From assembly GCF_009914755.1 (NCBI RefSeq), contig NC_060947.1: a stretch of 64,000 nt of DNA; one strand, given 5' to 3'. Every line of letters begins with the position of its first letter. Position 1 is the first letter of the stretch. The position numbers and the translations under genes were made by a program. The notes under the pieces were generated by a model. That model made no database searches, was not told where the DNA came from, and saw only the letters and a program-made list of their open reading frames with translations. This DNA comes from the human T2T-CHM13v2.0 reference genome, Homo sapiens. Positions 43,565 through 58,206 of this stretch are shown here, one piece after another.

Positions 43565-46500
43565 GTGAATCAGCATGGAAATGAAAACGTTCTAGTGTCT
43601 TTTCTTGTAATTATTTTTTATATCCATCCATCCATCTGGAATTCACTGTGTGTCCAATACTGTAATAAGTGATAAGAATATAATAGTAAACAAGACATGG
43701 TCCCTTTTTCAAAAAACATAATTGAACTCAGGAAGAGAATAGAAACCCATTTATCCTTGTTGATTATATATTCACCTACCTGAAGGCAGATTAACTCTGA
43801 AGGAGTCAACCAGTTCTGCAATTTAGATTGTAAGAATAAATTTTGCTTCAAAATAGAATTTAATTTGCTTAATTTGTTTCAGTCTGTTTTCAGATTAACT
43901 TGGATCTAATTAATGCATTAGCTACTATTAGATAAGGAGTGCTTTTCTGTGTTCGCTACTTTTGCCAAAAGGGAATGACTGACAAAATCCTATATAAATT
44001 TAAGGTAGAAAATAGTCTATTTTCTGTGGCAATATATATTTAGAAAGGAATGTATAGACTTTCTGGGTGTTTTGAGATAATAAAATATTCTAACAAATGT
44101 TCTTACAAAAAATATCTTTTGAGTAGGATGCTCATTCTGTTGGCCCAGAATTAAGTGGACTATTATGTAAGCCTTTGCATTATTTCAATTTTTATCACTT
44201 ATTTTTTAAACAACATTAAGGCAACAAAAGGATGTTTCTGATATCCCTCTCCCAGTAATGTAAGGCAGCGGTGAGGGGTTTTTTTTTGGTCATTATTTTA
44301 AGGTTCTTTTCCCCAGTCTTTATCAATAGGTAATGTTTATAGGTCTTCATTTGCATTTATTACCCTTAACTTTTTAAAGTATGATACTCTTTCTATGTTG
44401 CTACCCTTACTACATAATCATTTCTAATTATTATGTAATCCTGACTCAAATTGATGTACCAAAATCATCAATCAGTCTTCTATAGAGCACAGAGACCTCA
44501 AACCTTTCATTATTAAACATAACTTAACATTTTCTGTCTTCATGTATCTTTTTATCTCCTCCCTTTGATTATTTCCTTTTAGATGTACCAAGATCTGTAA
44601 ACATTTTTCTACTCTTCAATTTTCTAGAAAAATTGTTTTCCAGGAAGATTGTATCAATGTATACAATCATCAGGAATAAATAAGCATATGAGTTTCATCA
44701 CAGCCTCAAAAACAGTAGTTTTATGTATTTTATGTTACTTTGACTTCCAAAGAGGGATAGCAAGAACTGCTCATAAAAACAAGCAAATGCCCAAATTCAA
44801 TAAAATATAAAAGTAAAAATGAGACATTTTAAAAAATTGTGCCAATACATATAAAGTGGTAAGCTTTTTGTTATAACTTAAATTCCTATGACTCTGAATG
44901 AAAAATATTTTCCTTTTTTAATTAACTTTGTCACTTCATTTGTGAATCGACTTCATATGTCCTTCGTCTATTGATTAAGATCAAATTTTAACCCTTTATG
45001 TAGCTTGAATTCTTTATATAACAAATATTTGTTGCAAATGTTTTCCTATTCTGTTTATTTTAATTACAGTTAATTATAATTATCAAGAATTATAACTATG
45101 ACTTGATATGTTTGTATGTTGAAATAGTAAGGTACTTATTCTCACTTAATTTTTAAGTGAACTAATTGTTTTGGAATCATATATATTAATTGAGTCTATC
45201 AGAACTGATACTCTATACTAACTGCATTTTATTGTTAGGACCATTTATAATCCTCTTCTTAATGATTTTAACGGAAATCACTTCTTTTTTTTATATTTAT
45301 AAGCATTTAGTATATTAATCTGAATGATGAATACAAATTCTTTATTATTCTGTATACCTTTTGCACATCTGAAACATAGTATTATAAAATAAAACCTTAG
45401 CTTTCAAAGTCATTGTCTCTGTTAAGGGCTTGACAATCCAAATTTGGAGGTCAACAAATAAGCATTGACTTTTCACTCTTCTTTGTAATTATACTATAAT
45501 AATCTCAATTTATGTCAAGGAAGTGTGGATGACTCTAACTTTTGGAAAAACAAATTACCAGGTAGTATAAAGTGTGCAAAAGAAAAACAGATTAATGTTT
45601 CAAGATATTATTTGACCTCTTTTACACATCCCTTACTACTGTTGACACACTTGACTTTGATATATTTCTTAAATCTTTCTTTCAGAAGTAATCAAGTTAT
45701 TTAAGAGGAAACCTTTCGATGATAGTGTTTGTTATCTCTGTGTTCATCTATTTATCAGGAAATCACTTCTTAATTAGTATAGCTTTTAGTATATCTTTTG
45801 GACATGTCACCTTTATTTTCATTTCTGTTATAGGAAAATGTCTTGAGTTAAGTACATACCCGAAGCTAGAAATGTCTCCATTTAAAAAATGTATTCTCTA
45901 TTTTGTTTTATCCAGCATTGTATTTTCCCTGGCTTTGTTCATTCTGCTGTTTCACAAACACTGTGTGTTTTTATGTGGTTATAACAATGATGAGACATTG
46001 ACTTATGGAATTAACATAGACACATGGAAAATATTTTATGGTACTGACATAAAAAGAAACCAGTTCTGGGCCATGATTGAGACCGGGAGCTACTGAGGTT
46101 CAACAGTTTCTATTCCACAGAGTGCCATTTTGTCCCAAATGATTGATGACATTCTCTTGCCCTATTCTCCACAGATTATAAGAACACTGTTGCAATCTAG
46201 AGCTTCTGTAGATACCCGCTTCATTAAGCATGATCCCAAAATGTCATTTAATTTATTTCTTAGATTGAATGTCTCATTAAACTTTGATGAGGCCAGGAGC
46301 TACTTTGGGCTGGACTTGTTATGAAGCACTCTTATCTTAAAATTTTGTTCTGTCCCTGTTGGCAAAGGAAATGGACATGACAGTGAAATCAATGCACAGT
46401 GCACTTTATCTTTGACAAACTGAAATATTGTTTTGCTAAAATAGGCCCATGGGGTAGGGAGATTAAAATCACACATAAAGTAGATCAGCATAAAGAGTAA

Positions 46501-49500
46501 ATATACAAACTTATACAGTCTTTGGTGTAATTTTATTTTGTTTAAACTGACTTTGCCCCATTTGGACAAACATAACACATCTACTTAATTAAACAAGGTA
46601 CTGATCTCCCTCAGCCTCATTTGAAAAGAAACATTTTCTTCTTTTTAGTTATAAGAAGTGAATATATATAAGATGAAGTCAGGGCATGAGTAATGTTCTA
46701 TCAGTTTTTAGTAAGAGGTATGTCTCAATAGTTGTGTTACTCACCTTGTGGAATAGGTTGTGTCAAAACAAGAAAAAAAAAACTAATAGTATTTGTATTT
46801 TCCCTTTGGTGTCCATTGTAGAATCAGGAGCATAGTCATAGATTGGTATAGGCGGGAGGTGGAGAAAAGCAGGTGATTCCTTCAGTAGACCAAAGTGAAA
46901 ACAACATTCCTTGCAAAAAAGGAATTTAGACATTGGCCAGCCCTAGGTCATGCTGGGCATTGGAGTATAATTTTTTGATGCTTCCTTAGGTTTGGAATCA
47001 CCATCTTGCAACTGATTTTTCTCTCATGGCTCCTGCATCCTGCCATGTTGCCACACTGCACACTTAGAACATGAGTTCCACCCCTGTGTATGCTTCCCTT
47101 GATTCCACACCAGAATTTGCCAGCTCTTCTTTGATCTTTCCTGAGTCTTTATACAGCATATTAAAGAGCTGCTCTGCAGTCTAACTCTGAAAATCAGTAG
47201 TGTCATCTAGCATATTTTATACTGTTGCCTAAGATGTCTTGGGTTCGAAGGTTCTCACTTTGTTAACTGCCAGTTTGCTACCTAATCAAATTTGCAACTT
47301 TGAAGATTGCCCTTGTGTACAGGGTTAATGTCAGATTTTTAGTATTAAAAAGAAACGACTAAGAAAATCACAAAACAGATACCTATAATAAAACAATTGT
47401 CCTAAAGGATTATCAGCCTACCTCCATGTCTGATAACAGGGCAAGAAAAGAAAATCTGAGACCATTTCAATATGTATTTTGCTAATATCTTGAGATTCCA
47501 CCTTTCCATGGAATGATAAATTTTAGTTCTAAAATCATTTAGAATTATTAATGTTATTTGAGACAATATGGTATGCTCTTCTTTATTGTGCCTTCTATTG
47601 AAAATAAAATATCCCTTCAGCATCTAAAATGTCACTTGAATTAACACTGTGCAATAGCAATAGGAGTAGATAAAACTGTCAGAAAATGACTGGGCAATGA
47701 GACAATTATTGCAGTTTATTTTATCAATCTTTATTTCAGAGCATGTAAAAGTAAGTAATGATTTTGAGTCTCCATTTTGTGGGTTATTTGAGAAAAAGAT
47801 ATGTTAGAACCTTTCGGTTTGTGTTTTTGGTATAATCATAAGCTGCATGATTTGCAATGCCTGATTTTGGTTCTACCTTGTTTAAATAGCTTAGTTTATA
47901 TTATATTAATTTTAATGTAGCCTCAACCAAGATCCTATTCTTACCTTTCTCACTAAAAAACTGTATAGTATTAAATAATGTGAATCTTAGGGTTTTTTGT
48001 TTTTTTTTTTTTTTTTTCAAATTGTGGTTGCTAAAAGATACAAGCAGTGTTGGGTGAGTCAGGTCATCCATGGGATTTAGTCATAGAAGGACCTGATTTT
48101 TATTTCTTCCTCTGCAAGTAACCAGTTATGTGATATTAGACATGTTTATAACTTCTTGAGACATTAGTCTCCTCCCATAAAATAACTGTAATTGTCAAAA
48201 TTGTTCTATTTAGGGTGTTGCTAAAATTAAATGAGGCAATCTGCATAAAAACCGTGCTTTTTGCATACTCAGGAGTATGTGATTTATCACATTTATGTAG
48301 CTTTTAAAATTTGTATGTAAGAAGTCATTGGTTAAATAGTTGAAGTTTTGGATATTTTTATCATTATACAATCATTATTATGGTTTAATTTTGTATATAT
48401 GCTTTAAAGGAATGGATGATATGTGTAGAAAATGCAGTTTCAGTTTGTGGAACTTAGAATTGTTTTTAAAATGTGGAATTCACATGAAGATTTGATAATA
48501 GATCAATGTTCTGTTCTCTGTAGAAATTACATCATTATAGGGAAAGGAATTGCACTTGTTTTTGTTGTTTGAGTATATGAACTTTAACAAGGCAACCTGA
48601 GACTAATTTCTAAGATATGAGATGAAAATGTGTTAAAATAATAGACATATTTCAGACTCTGACTTCAGTTGAAAACATAGATCCCATTTTTATTTCTCCA
48701 AACCAGAGGAGGAAAGACTGCTTCTTTCCTATTTTTTTCCCTTTCTATGCTATTCATCATAGCCTCTTAAAAATGCTTCTGTTTTCACTTGTTCCCAGAT
48801 TAAGAAATGTGTTTTCATTGAAATGTTAAAATATGCAGTGTGTCACATTTTGGGTTAATATCATCAAGACAAACAACTAAGCCAGTTCTTTATTTCCTGT
48901 CAAATTGCTGTTAGTTACCAAAGCCAACTAAATACTATTATATGTCATGTTTTAGAATTGTGCTTTGCTTTATCAGATACTAAGATGCAGCATACTGGTT
49001 TGCATCTCTTAGCAATGTTTCCAAAACCGTAACTGTATTAAATATTAGTAAAGGGCTGAATGTACTTAAGCAATATACAAATGTACTCTTGATTTACTGT
49101 AGAGAATAATTTTGTTAAAATGGTTGTATTTTCATTTTTATAGATTCAATAGATAAACAGTTATTAAGCATCTATATATCAGACACTTTGAGAGTACAGA
49201 TAATTTTGTGTAGTACCTGCCATTCAGTATCCTACACATAGTAAGGGAAACAGAAATCTGAAGAAGTAAATTACCATATAGCATATTCACTCATATTAAT
49301 ATTAACCTCAGTGCTATGGAGTACAGTGGACATAGCAACCACCTCTGCCTGTTCAAGTCCAGGAAATCTTTACTGAGCAGCTGGTTTTAATCTTGATCTT
49401 TGAGGATGAGTAGGAAATTGCCCAGTAAAAAAGAAAGTGTAAGGGCGGGGAATTGCATGTGCAGAAAATTGGAGTAATGAAAGGACCCTAACATCCATAT

Positions 49501-49732
49501 ACTAGGGAGTAGCTAGTTATAGGGGCATAAAATCAAATCGCTGCTACTTGATAACTTGAAGACCAATCTTCTGTTCTGACATTCCATAGATCAAACTTAT
49601 ATAATTGTCTAATTTGAAATTGTACAATTGTATAATTTGAAAACGACATGTTTTCAGTGAAAAGTAAGAACAAAAACTATTTGTTTTATCTGTGTGTGCA
49701 TGTGTGTATAGTGTTAAAAGTTGTAATGTCAA

Positions 49733-49891
49733 CAGGTCATGGTGGCACGCACCTCTACTCCCACCTACTCAGGAGGCTAAGGCAGGAAGACTGCCTGCGC
49801 CCAGGAGTTTGAGGCCACAGTGAGCTACAATTGTGACACTGTACTCTAGCCTGGACAAGAGATCTCATCTCTAAAAATTAAAGAAAAAAAA
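49733..49891 (+). mobile_element. Free Alu monomer (FAM/FRAM-like)
   Basis: Single diverged monomer with perfect TSD AAAAGTTGTAATGTC at 49716-49730 and 49892-49906. Confidence 0.88.
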
Positions 49892-49957
49892 AAAAGTTGT
49901 AATGTCTTCATATTTAAAATTTTCTTAGAAATTTCCTTTAAAAAAAAAATGGGTCCT

Positions 49958-50268
49958 GGCTGGGCACGGTGGCTCATGCCCTGTAATCCCAGCACTTTTG
50001 GAGGCCGAAGTGGGTGGATCACCTGAGGTCGGGAGTTCAAGACCAACCTGACCAACATGGAGAAACCCTGTCTCTACTAAAAATACAAAATTAGGCGGGC
50101 AGGGTTGCGCATGCCTGTAATCCCAGCTACTCAGGAGGCTGAGGCAGGAGAATTGCTTAAACCCAGGAAGCGGAGGTTGGGGTAAGCTGAGATCGCACCA
50201 TTGTGCTCCAGCCTGGGCAACAAGAGCAAAACTCCGTCTCAAATTAAAAAAAAAAAAAAAAAAAAAAA
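49958..50268 (+). mobile_element. AluSp-like
   Basis: GAGGTCGGGAG and CATGGAGAAACCC diagnostics. Confidence 0.93.
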
Positions 50269-51724
50269 TCCTAAATTTTAAAATGACGATTATAAACTTG
50301 AGTATTGATTTTCTGTTTTCCTTGAGTTAGACAGAGTTTTTTTCTGACAATAATAGGTACAGTTTAGATAAGAAATGCTTAACTTAGTCAAATTTTAGTA
50401 ATTTCAGTAATGAAAATGATGGAGTTGGTTTAGTCTCCTATAATCTTGCTTAAGAAAAAAATCCCCTGGTATTCAGTTTATATATAGCATGCAATCTAGA
50501 TGAATAGGTTTAGGTTTTGTTTGGTTTTTAATAACAACATGCATAAAGGAAATATAATGATCTCATCAAATCTGTCTCCTTCTGAGAGACAGTAGCCTAC
50601 TGGTCTGCCTCTCAGGATCCTTCTAATATAGTTTTCTTGGATATTAGGTGGTTTTGTTTCATTGAATCTCAGCAGTTTATTGCTTTAGAGGCTTTTTACT
50701 GAGTTGGGTCAACATTCCACATTGAGGAGATTTTTCTTTCTAATGCAAGAATTCAACTGTTATTAACAGTGGTATGAATCATTCATGTACACTAAGAAGG
50801 AAATAGGTTCCAGTTGTTTCAAAAACTGTTAATTTCTAGTTCTAACCATCGGTAGCTTTGTGAAGTGAATCATATCACTGTCTGTGGAAAAGAGAAATGG
50901 GAATTAAGTTATTTGCTCACCATCAGCCATGTCATTATTGAAGATGAAAGCTAAGGAGATAAATCCTCCACTCAGTTTTCTGTCATTTATCCAATAGGTC
51001 TTCATATGCCCCTTTAGCCATGAGACTGCAAGGTGGTGTGGGAACCTCCGTACTTTATATTAAAGTCTGTTAGAGAAATAATGGGAGTTTGGCTACTTGT
51101 TTGTGCCATTAAGACACTGCTACCCTCTGCTGCCTAAGTTAATTACATTCCAGTAGTGGGAAAAAAATGCATTTGCCTATATAGACACCAATGGAAATAA
51201 ACATATCGTTCATACACTTACAGAGAATGTACGTGTACTGTTGAGAGTGAGGAAAAATTGTAGTTTATAGCTGACATACTTTAAAATGCTTTGTTTCTAA
51301 AGATGCAAGTGCGAAATTGATCCAATATGTTCAGCAATCAAATATTGAGATCAAAATTGCTCTATTTCCTTTATTCGTGTGTCCGTTAACAACCCTTTCT
51401 GATAATGTCAGAGACTTATTCACCGGCCTCAACTGCCGAAAGAATTTTAAACTAACAGCCGATGTATCAGTCTAAGGACTGGTAGATTTACTTGAGAAAT
51501 GTTATGTATGGTGTTTCTTAGCTATAAAAAACTATGTATCCTGTTATGTAAATACAGATACTATTGAGGCCTTTGAGGCCTCAATTAATGAATCTTCTGT
51601 GGGAAACATCTTTTAAAATGATGGTGACTGTTGAAGATATTTCTTATACAAAGGAGTGTCATATGGATTATACGTAAAATTGTTAACTCATACTACACAT
51701 TTTCTTCGTTTTTATTCTTCATTA

Positions 51725-52012
51725 TTTTTGAGACAGTGTCTCTGTCTGTTGCCCAGGCTGGAGTACAGTGGTGTGATCACAGCTCACTGTAGCCTCAACC
51801 TCCTGGACTCAAGGGATCCTCCCACCTCAACCTCCTGAGTAGCTAGGACCAGAGATGTGCACCACCATGCCTGGCTAATTTTTTTTTTTTTTTGTAGAAA
51901 CTGGGTCTCCCTATGTTGCCCAGGCTGGTCTCGAGTTCCTGGGCTCAAGTGATCTTCCCGCCTTGGCCTCCCAAAGTGTTGAGATTACAGGCATGAGCCA
52001 CAGCACTGGGCC
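51725..52012 (-). mobile_element. Alu (AluJ-like)
   Basis: GATCACAGCTCACTGTAGCCTCAACC and CTATGTTGCCCAGG. Confidence 0.92.
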
Positions 52013-53072
52013 ATATTTTCTTTAAGAAAGCAGTATATTTTTGTTAAGAGAAGAAGGGGGTATATAGGAAAGAAGAATCAGCATGTAACATTTGTATGAT
52101 CCTGACAGAAGAATTACGTGATATAGGTAAAATATACCCATCCATTAAGCCCCTTCTCAAATGCTGGCCCTTCATTGGCAATACTCCTAGTGGGGGCAAC
52201 AGTATTTTCTTTTGAAATGTCAAACACTTTTATTGTAATTCTGCTGTGGCACTTATCGATTTTCCGCCTTGAACTATTTGTTTGCTTGCCTTGTCTCAAC
52301 TACTGTATTAGAGTCTAATTTCAGGAAGGAGGAATGTGGAGAGATGTAGGACAGAAACTTCTGCCATACCTAACATAGTATTTCTGTCACATAGTAAACA
52401 CTTAGTACTATGTATGGAATTGAATTTAATAATATTAATTGGTTTAGCATGAAAAAAATTATGCTATAGTGTGAGTTAAAGAAGCTAAGAAGGACAGAAA
52501 TAAAATAGAAGGAGAAATATATTTGATGCTGGTCTTCCAAGTTGCAATAAAAAGAGCTGAAATTATGCCCATCACCATTACCTTCCCTGTGCCACTCTTG
52601 TGTTTATCAGTACAGAGGGTCAAGGCCACATTTAAAACTATGGGACTGTTGCGTCTCACTTCAAATTCATCTGGTTTCCTTGGGCCGAATGGGAAAGATT
52701 GGTAGTTTAACTCACTGTCATACAAACTCCAACCCCTACTTAATTCCGTTGGTCCCCTGCTTTGGAAGCTCACCTGCTGCAGTAAGAAAGGAAAAACTGT
52801 GCCTCTGTTCCCCAGTTTTTTGTAGATACTTAACCTGCCACCCTCATGATCACATTCTAAAGCTGTTCTGCTGGCAGTCCTCATGTTCTGCTCTGAATCT
52901 GCCAGCTTCATCACTCCCATTACACTCTCCCATGTTTCAGAAAGCCACTATTCTGTCCATGCCCTGAGGGAAGGAGAGTTTTTTTCCCATCATTTTATTC
53001 TTGTCCCCAAATAATCAAATATTTCCTCACAATTTCACATAGGTATTCATTCATACATTTTAGAAATTTAAA

Positions 53073-53405
<333 letters not shown>

Positions 53406-53500
53406 TTAGAATTTCTTAAAATTTAAAGCCAAGACATGCTCTAGGAATACAAAGAAGAGAACTCCTAATTTCTCCTGTGAAAATTTAGGACATGCTTTTC

Positions 53501-53818
<318 letters not shown>

Positions 53819-54031
53819 TGACATTTGAGCTGGTTTTGGAAAGTAACACTATAAAATGCACATGTAATGAACACATATGTAACAAGTTATTGGAATGATC
53901 TTAGTTGTTACTGAGAAATCTCAATTATATGCATTTTATTCAACTGATTTTTATTAATTTTAGCATCTTGATCTAGTAGGAAAAATCAAATACTGCCTGC
54001 TAATACAAGAAAAAAAAAATCAAACCAAATA

Positions 54032-54353
54032 CAGTTGTCCTTTTGTATCCTTGGAGGAACTGGTTCTATAACTGCTGGAGATACCAAAATTTGCAGATGC
54101 TCAAGTCCTGATATAAAATGGCCTAATATTTGCATACAATCTAAGCATATCCTCCTGTATACTTTCGACATCTGTAGGTTACTTATGATACCTAATGCAA
54201 TGTAAATGCCATGTAAATAGTTGTTATATTGAGTTTTAAAAATGTGTATTATTTTTTATTGTTTTGTTATTTTTATTGATTTTCAAAAATATTTTTGATC
54301 TGCAGTTGTTTGAATCCATGGATATGGAACCCATGGATACAGAGGCCTGAATG
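54032..54353. mobile_element. MER2 Tigger MITE
   Basis: TA|CAGTTGTCC...GATGCTCAAGTCC...GGAACCCATGGATACAGAGG...ATG|TA. Confidence 0.85.
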
Positions 54354-57300
54354 TAGATATTCTAACAGTAAATTTTCTTATCTGTGAGATACTATAACTC
54401 ATACTTAAAACAATAAGTTATCTGGGCCCTTACAAATACAGACCTCTGGTAGAGAGTCTTTAGAGAAATTATTAAACCTTCATATAATTTGTTGAGTGTA
54501 CCATGAATATGTTTTGTGTGTATGAAATTAGCAGAGTAGCATAGGCTACGTTGTGGATGAAAAATGTTTTATGTGCTTAGCACATTCCTCTGAAAGCAAG
54601 TCATGGAGAAAGAAATATAATTATTTCAATAGAAAAAATTTAAAACTCTGCTATATTTTAATATTTTAGTGATTTATATGATATAAGCATACATGCACTT
54701 ACGATTTTGCTTTTTTATTTCTTTTCACAAGATTGAGAAAATGGAGCAACACTTCACTATTTTTCTTATAGGGATAATATGGGCAAATTAAATGTAAATT
54801 GTTGACTCTGAAGTGAGGGGATTATTTTTGTTGCTGTTTCAGGGAAAACATAAATAAAAGAAAGTGAATAGATGTTATTTCCTACTTTAGAAAGTTTGAA
54901 AAGTAAAGATAAAAAAGGAAAATTGTACCTATATCCATTAAGTTTTATAAGTGCTATAATGTTGCCATTTTTTTCAGAAAATCATATTTTAAAGCCACAT
55001 CTTAATTCTTAGGAATTCTCAGGTAAAATTATAATAAAATTCATTGAATAAATATGATTAAATACACTAGCTTCACATGTTCCTTTCTTCAGGACTATCA
55101 ATAATAAAATAGATGGAAGTACAGCGCTGAAGAGAAACTACCCTGGCAAAAGTATATGCTTACCCATAGTTGTAGCTTTATTGTTTTCCCAAGATAGACT
55201 TTTCATATTTCTGCACCTTCATTTTTCATCTTACTCACCAATTGCATATCTTTTATAGATGTCAGAATGATTAGATTTAGCGTCTGCAAAATACTCATCG
55301 TTGAGAATTATAGACCACTTAGAAGATTGGCAAGGACAAGTTAAAACTGAAAATAGGCATCTCAACAGGCATGCAAAATCATAGCAGTGATTCAGTAAAT
55401 TCTCAGAGATATTTCCCTTTTGTGATAGGAATGGGGGGATAGTTTATATTTTGAGATTCTTTGCAGAATAAACACTGGGAGCAGAAAATTACACCTATAT
55501 TTATTGCCAAGCTGCATTTGTTATATAATGCATTTTCCTCCTCCCTAGATGTACCCCACCTTCTGTCAAAATGTTATTTCTTTGGCTATTCTTTGTTGCA
55601 TGTAGTTCAGTTCAGGCCTGACTCCTAGGATTCTGCAGGTTTTTTTGTTTGTTTTTTTTAACTTCCCACCCAGGGAAGTGAAAGTTCTGTTTTAAAAATT
55701 CCTGAATGTGTATAAATTTCATTCTGACAAGCCCACTTTTTCAGTATGATTTTATCAGTGCTTACAAGTTTTAGAAAAAAAAAAAAAAGAAAAAGAAATC
55801 TCAGATGACCTTTAATGTCATAACTGAACTTGGGTTTTGAGGAGAGCAAAGAGAGCAACAATTTGAAGATGTAGGTTTACTAGTAAACACTTCTGTTCCA
55901 CCATCTGCTCCCCCACCACCCCATCGCAGATTACAGTGGAATGAGATACCAGGGTGGGGCCAGAGGGGCCGTGGTAAAATGGGGATGAGGTGAGAGCAGG
56001 GAAGGTGATGTGGGAGCAGATGGCAGCTGGTGAAAGAGGCACTCCATGGCACTGTTGGCATGGTTACAGAGAAGTAGATGTCCTAACATGCTGTGCCAAT
56101 TTTGGAATGTTTCAAACTCTACTTTGTAACTTGTGGCCTCAAACTAAACTCATTGGCTGTGTAGAGCTTCTCCTGTGACAAGCAGTTCCTATAAAAGCAT
56201 TAGTTTAGTTATATTGTCTAACGGCTGCTTAAAATATATTCGTGTGTGTTTGTGCGTGTGTTGTAATTAATCTATGGAAATGTAAAAATAAAGTATTTAC
56301 TGTCCTTGGTCTCCAGGTGAATAATAATTACTACATATTAACAACCCTGATAATAATATATATGTAATAATGAAACAGTTTTGCTGTACCATCTATTTGT
56401 GTAACAGGAGCAAATATTGTTAAAAACAGTTCATTGGATTTTGTTGTTGTTGTTGTTGCTTTACATCAGTTTATAAAAGTCATATGAGCATTTGCCTGTC
56501 TCATCTTTAGATGAATTTTTGTTTTCCATTAAACAAAAAAAAACCGAAATGGCCTAATTTAAGTTGAACTAGGTCATTGACTAAAGTCTTATTTTTGTCT
56601 AAAAATGCATCCATTGCAAATGTTACTGCCATTTCTAGTGTCTACAGTGTCCTTAGAGGATATGCATAGTGAGTTGATTTGAAAAGTTTTTGGCCATATG
56701 GCATGGTTGAAGCAAAAACGTATTGTGTTAGGTCAAACCATGTGTAATTGCTGATGCCACACAATTTTTTTAAATATAAAATATAAAATAGCATTTTTTT
56801 GTGGTTCAACCTGATATATACATTTTTAAATTCCTTATTCTGAATTTGGGTAAAAATAAATAATAACTTATAAAACACGTGTATGTATATTTGGTCTTGC
56901 AGCTAAATAAGATTATATATAATTTTCCAAATCTTCGGAGAGTCCAGCTTAATTAAAAATACTATTTGCACAAATGTTGCGGTTTGTCTCTGTAGAAGCT
57001 CTGAGAGCATTCATTTAATTTATTAACCCAAGTTTCTCTTGCTAATACATTTACTCAGAAGTAACTCTGCTGTACATAAAAATAGTTGATTCAATAGAGA
57101 AGTAGCTAAACAATTTTTTGTTGTTGTTGTTAAGTAAAGGGATTAATTCATGTTAGTCACTGGAATGTCTTGCTTAAAATTTCCTCCAAAATTTTTTGTT
57201 CAAGTTTTCATTACACTTTTCCCGCAATTTAACAAAAATGATTTTGCTCCTTCTTTTTTTTTTTCCTGAAACTGTTTTTAGAATGGAATTAACTGATTCT

Positions 57301-57578
57301 ATAAAGTACACAAATGATTGGTATTAAATGTCTGTCTCTTTAGTCCACAAGTGTTTAGTTTTTTGAACAGAGATGAAAATTGAATTGGGCTTTGTACCAA
57401 AGATTTATATTTAGATAAAGTTATTCCAATGGTATTCAAAGTGTTAATTGTATTTCTACAGCAAACTTCATCGTATTACACCAAAGCAAATACCATATTT
57501 GAGATGCATCTCTACCACATTTAGTCTTGTTCCTTCATTTTGTTTATTTCATTATTTGAAGTATAAAGGGAGGGTCTA

Positions 57579-57937
<359 letters not shown>

Positions 57938-58206
57938 TGATCCTGAATGACAAAATGTGTCTGACCAAAGTAGATTTACCCATGCACAGAAATCGAAGTC
58001 AATTTTTAGTGATAAGACCCCATATTAAATATGAATCATGTCTTGGATTTCTCCTAAATTCGCTTTAACATATAATGTGACATAATTGTTAAAGGAAGGT
58101 CTGAAAGTCATATAATCCGTCTTTATTCATTTTCATGCTTAAACTAACACACAATGCTAGTATAATGTGACCCTTTAATTCTGAGATAATTTTCTGGAGA
58201 TTATAG

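Noticed and set aside
48980-49012. Hairpin CTAAGATGCA...TGCATCTCTTAG as a possible pre-miRNA
   Set aside because: Stem of about 10 bp is too short and matches no miRNA I recognise.
52459-52967. 153-aa minus ORF overlapping two plus ORFs in unique sequence
   Set aside because: No recognisable domain, splice context or parent gene.
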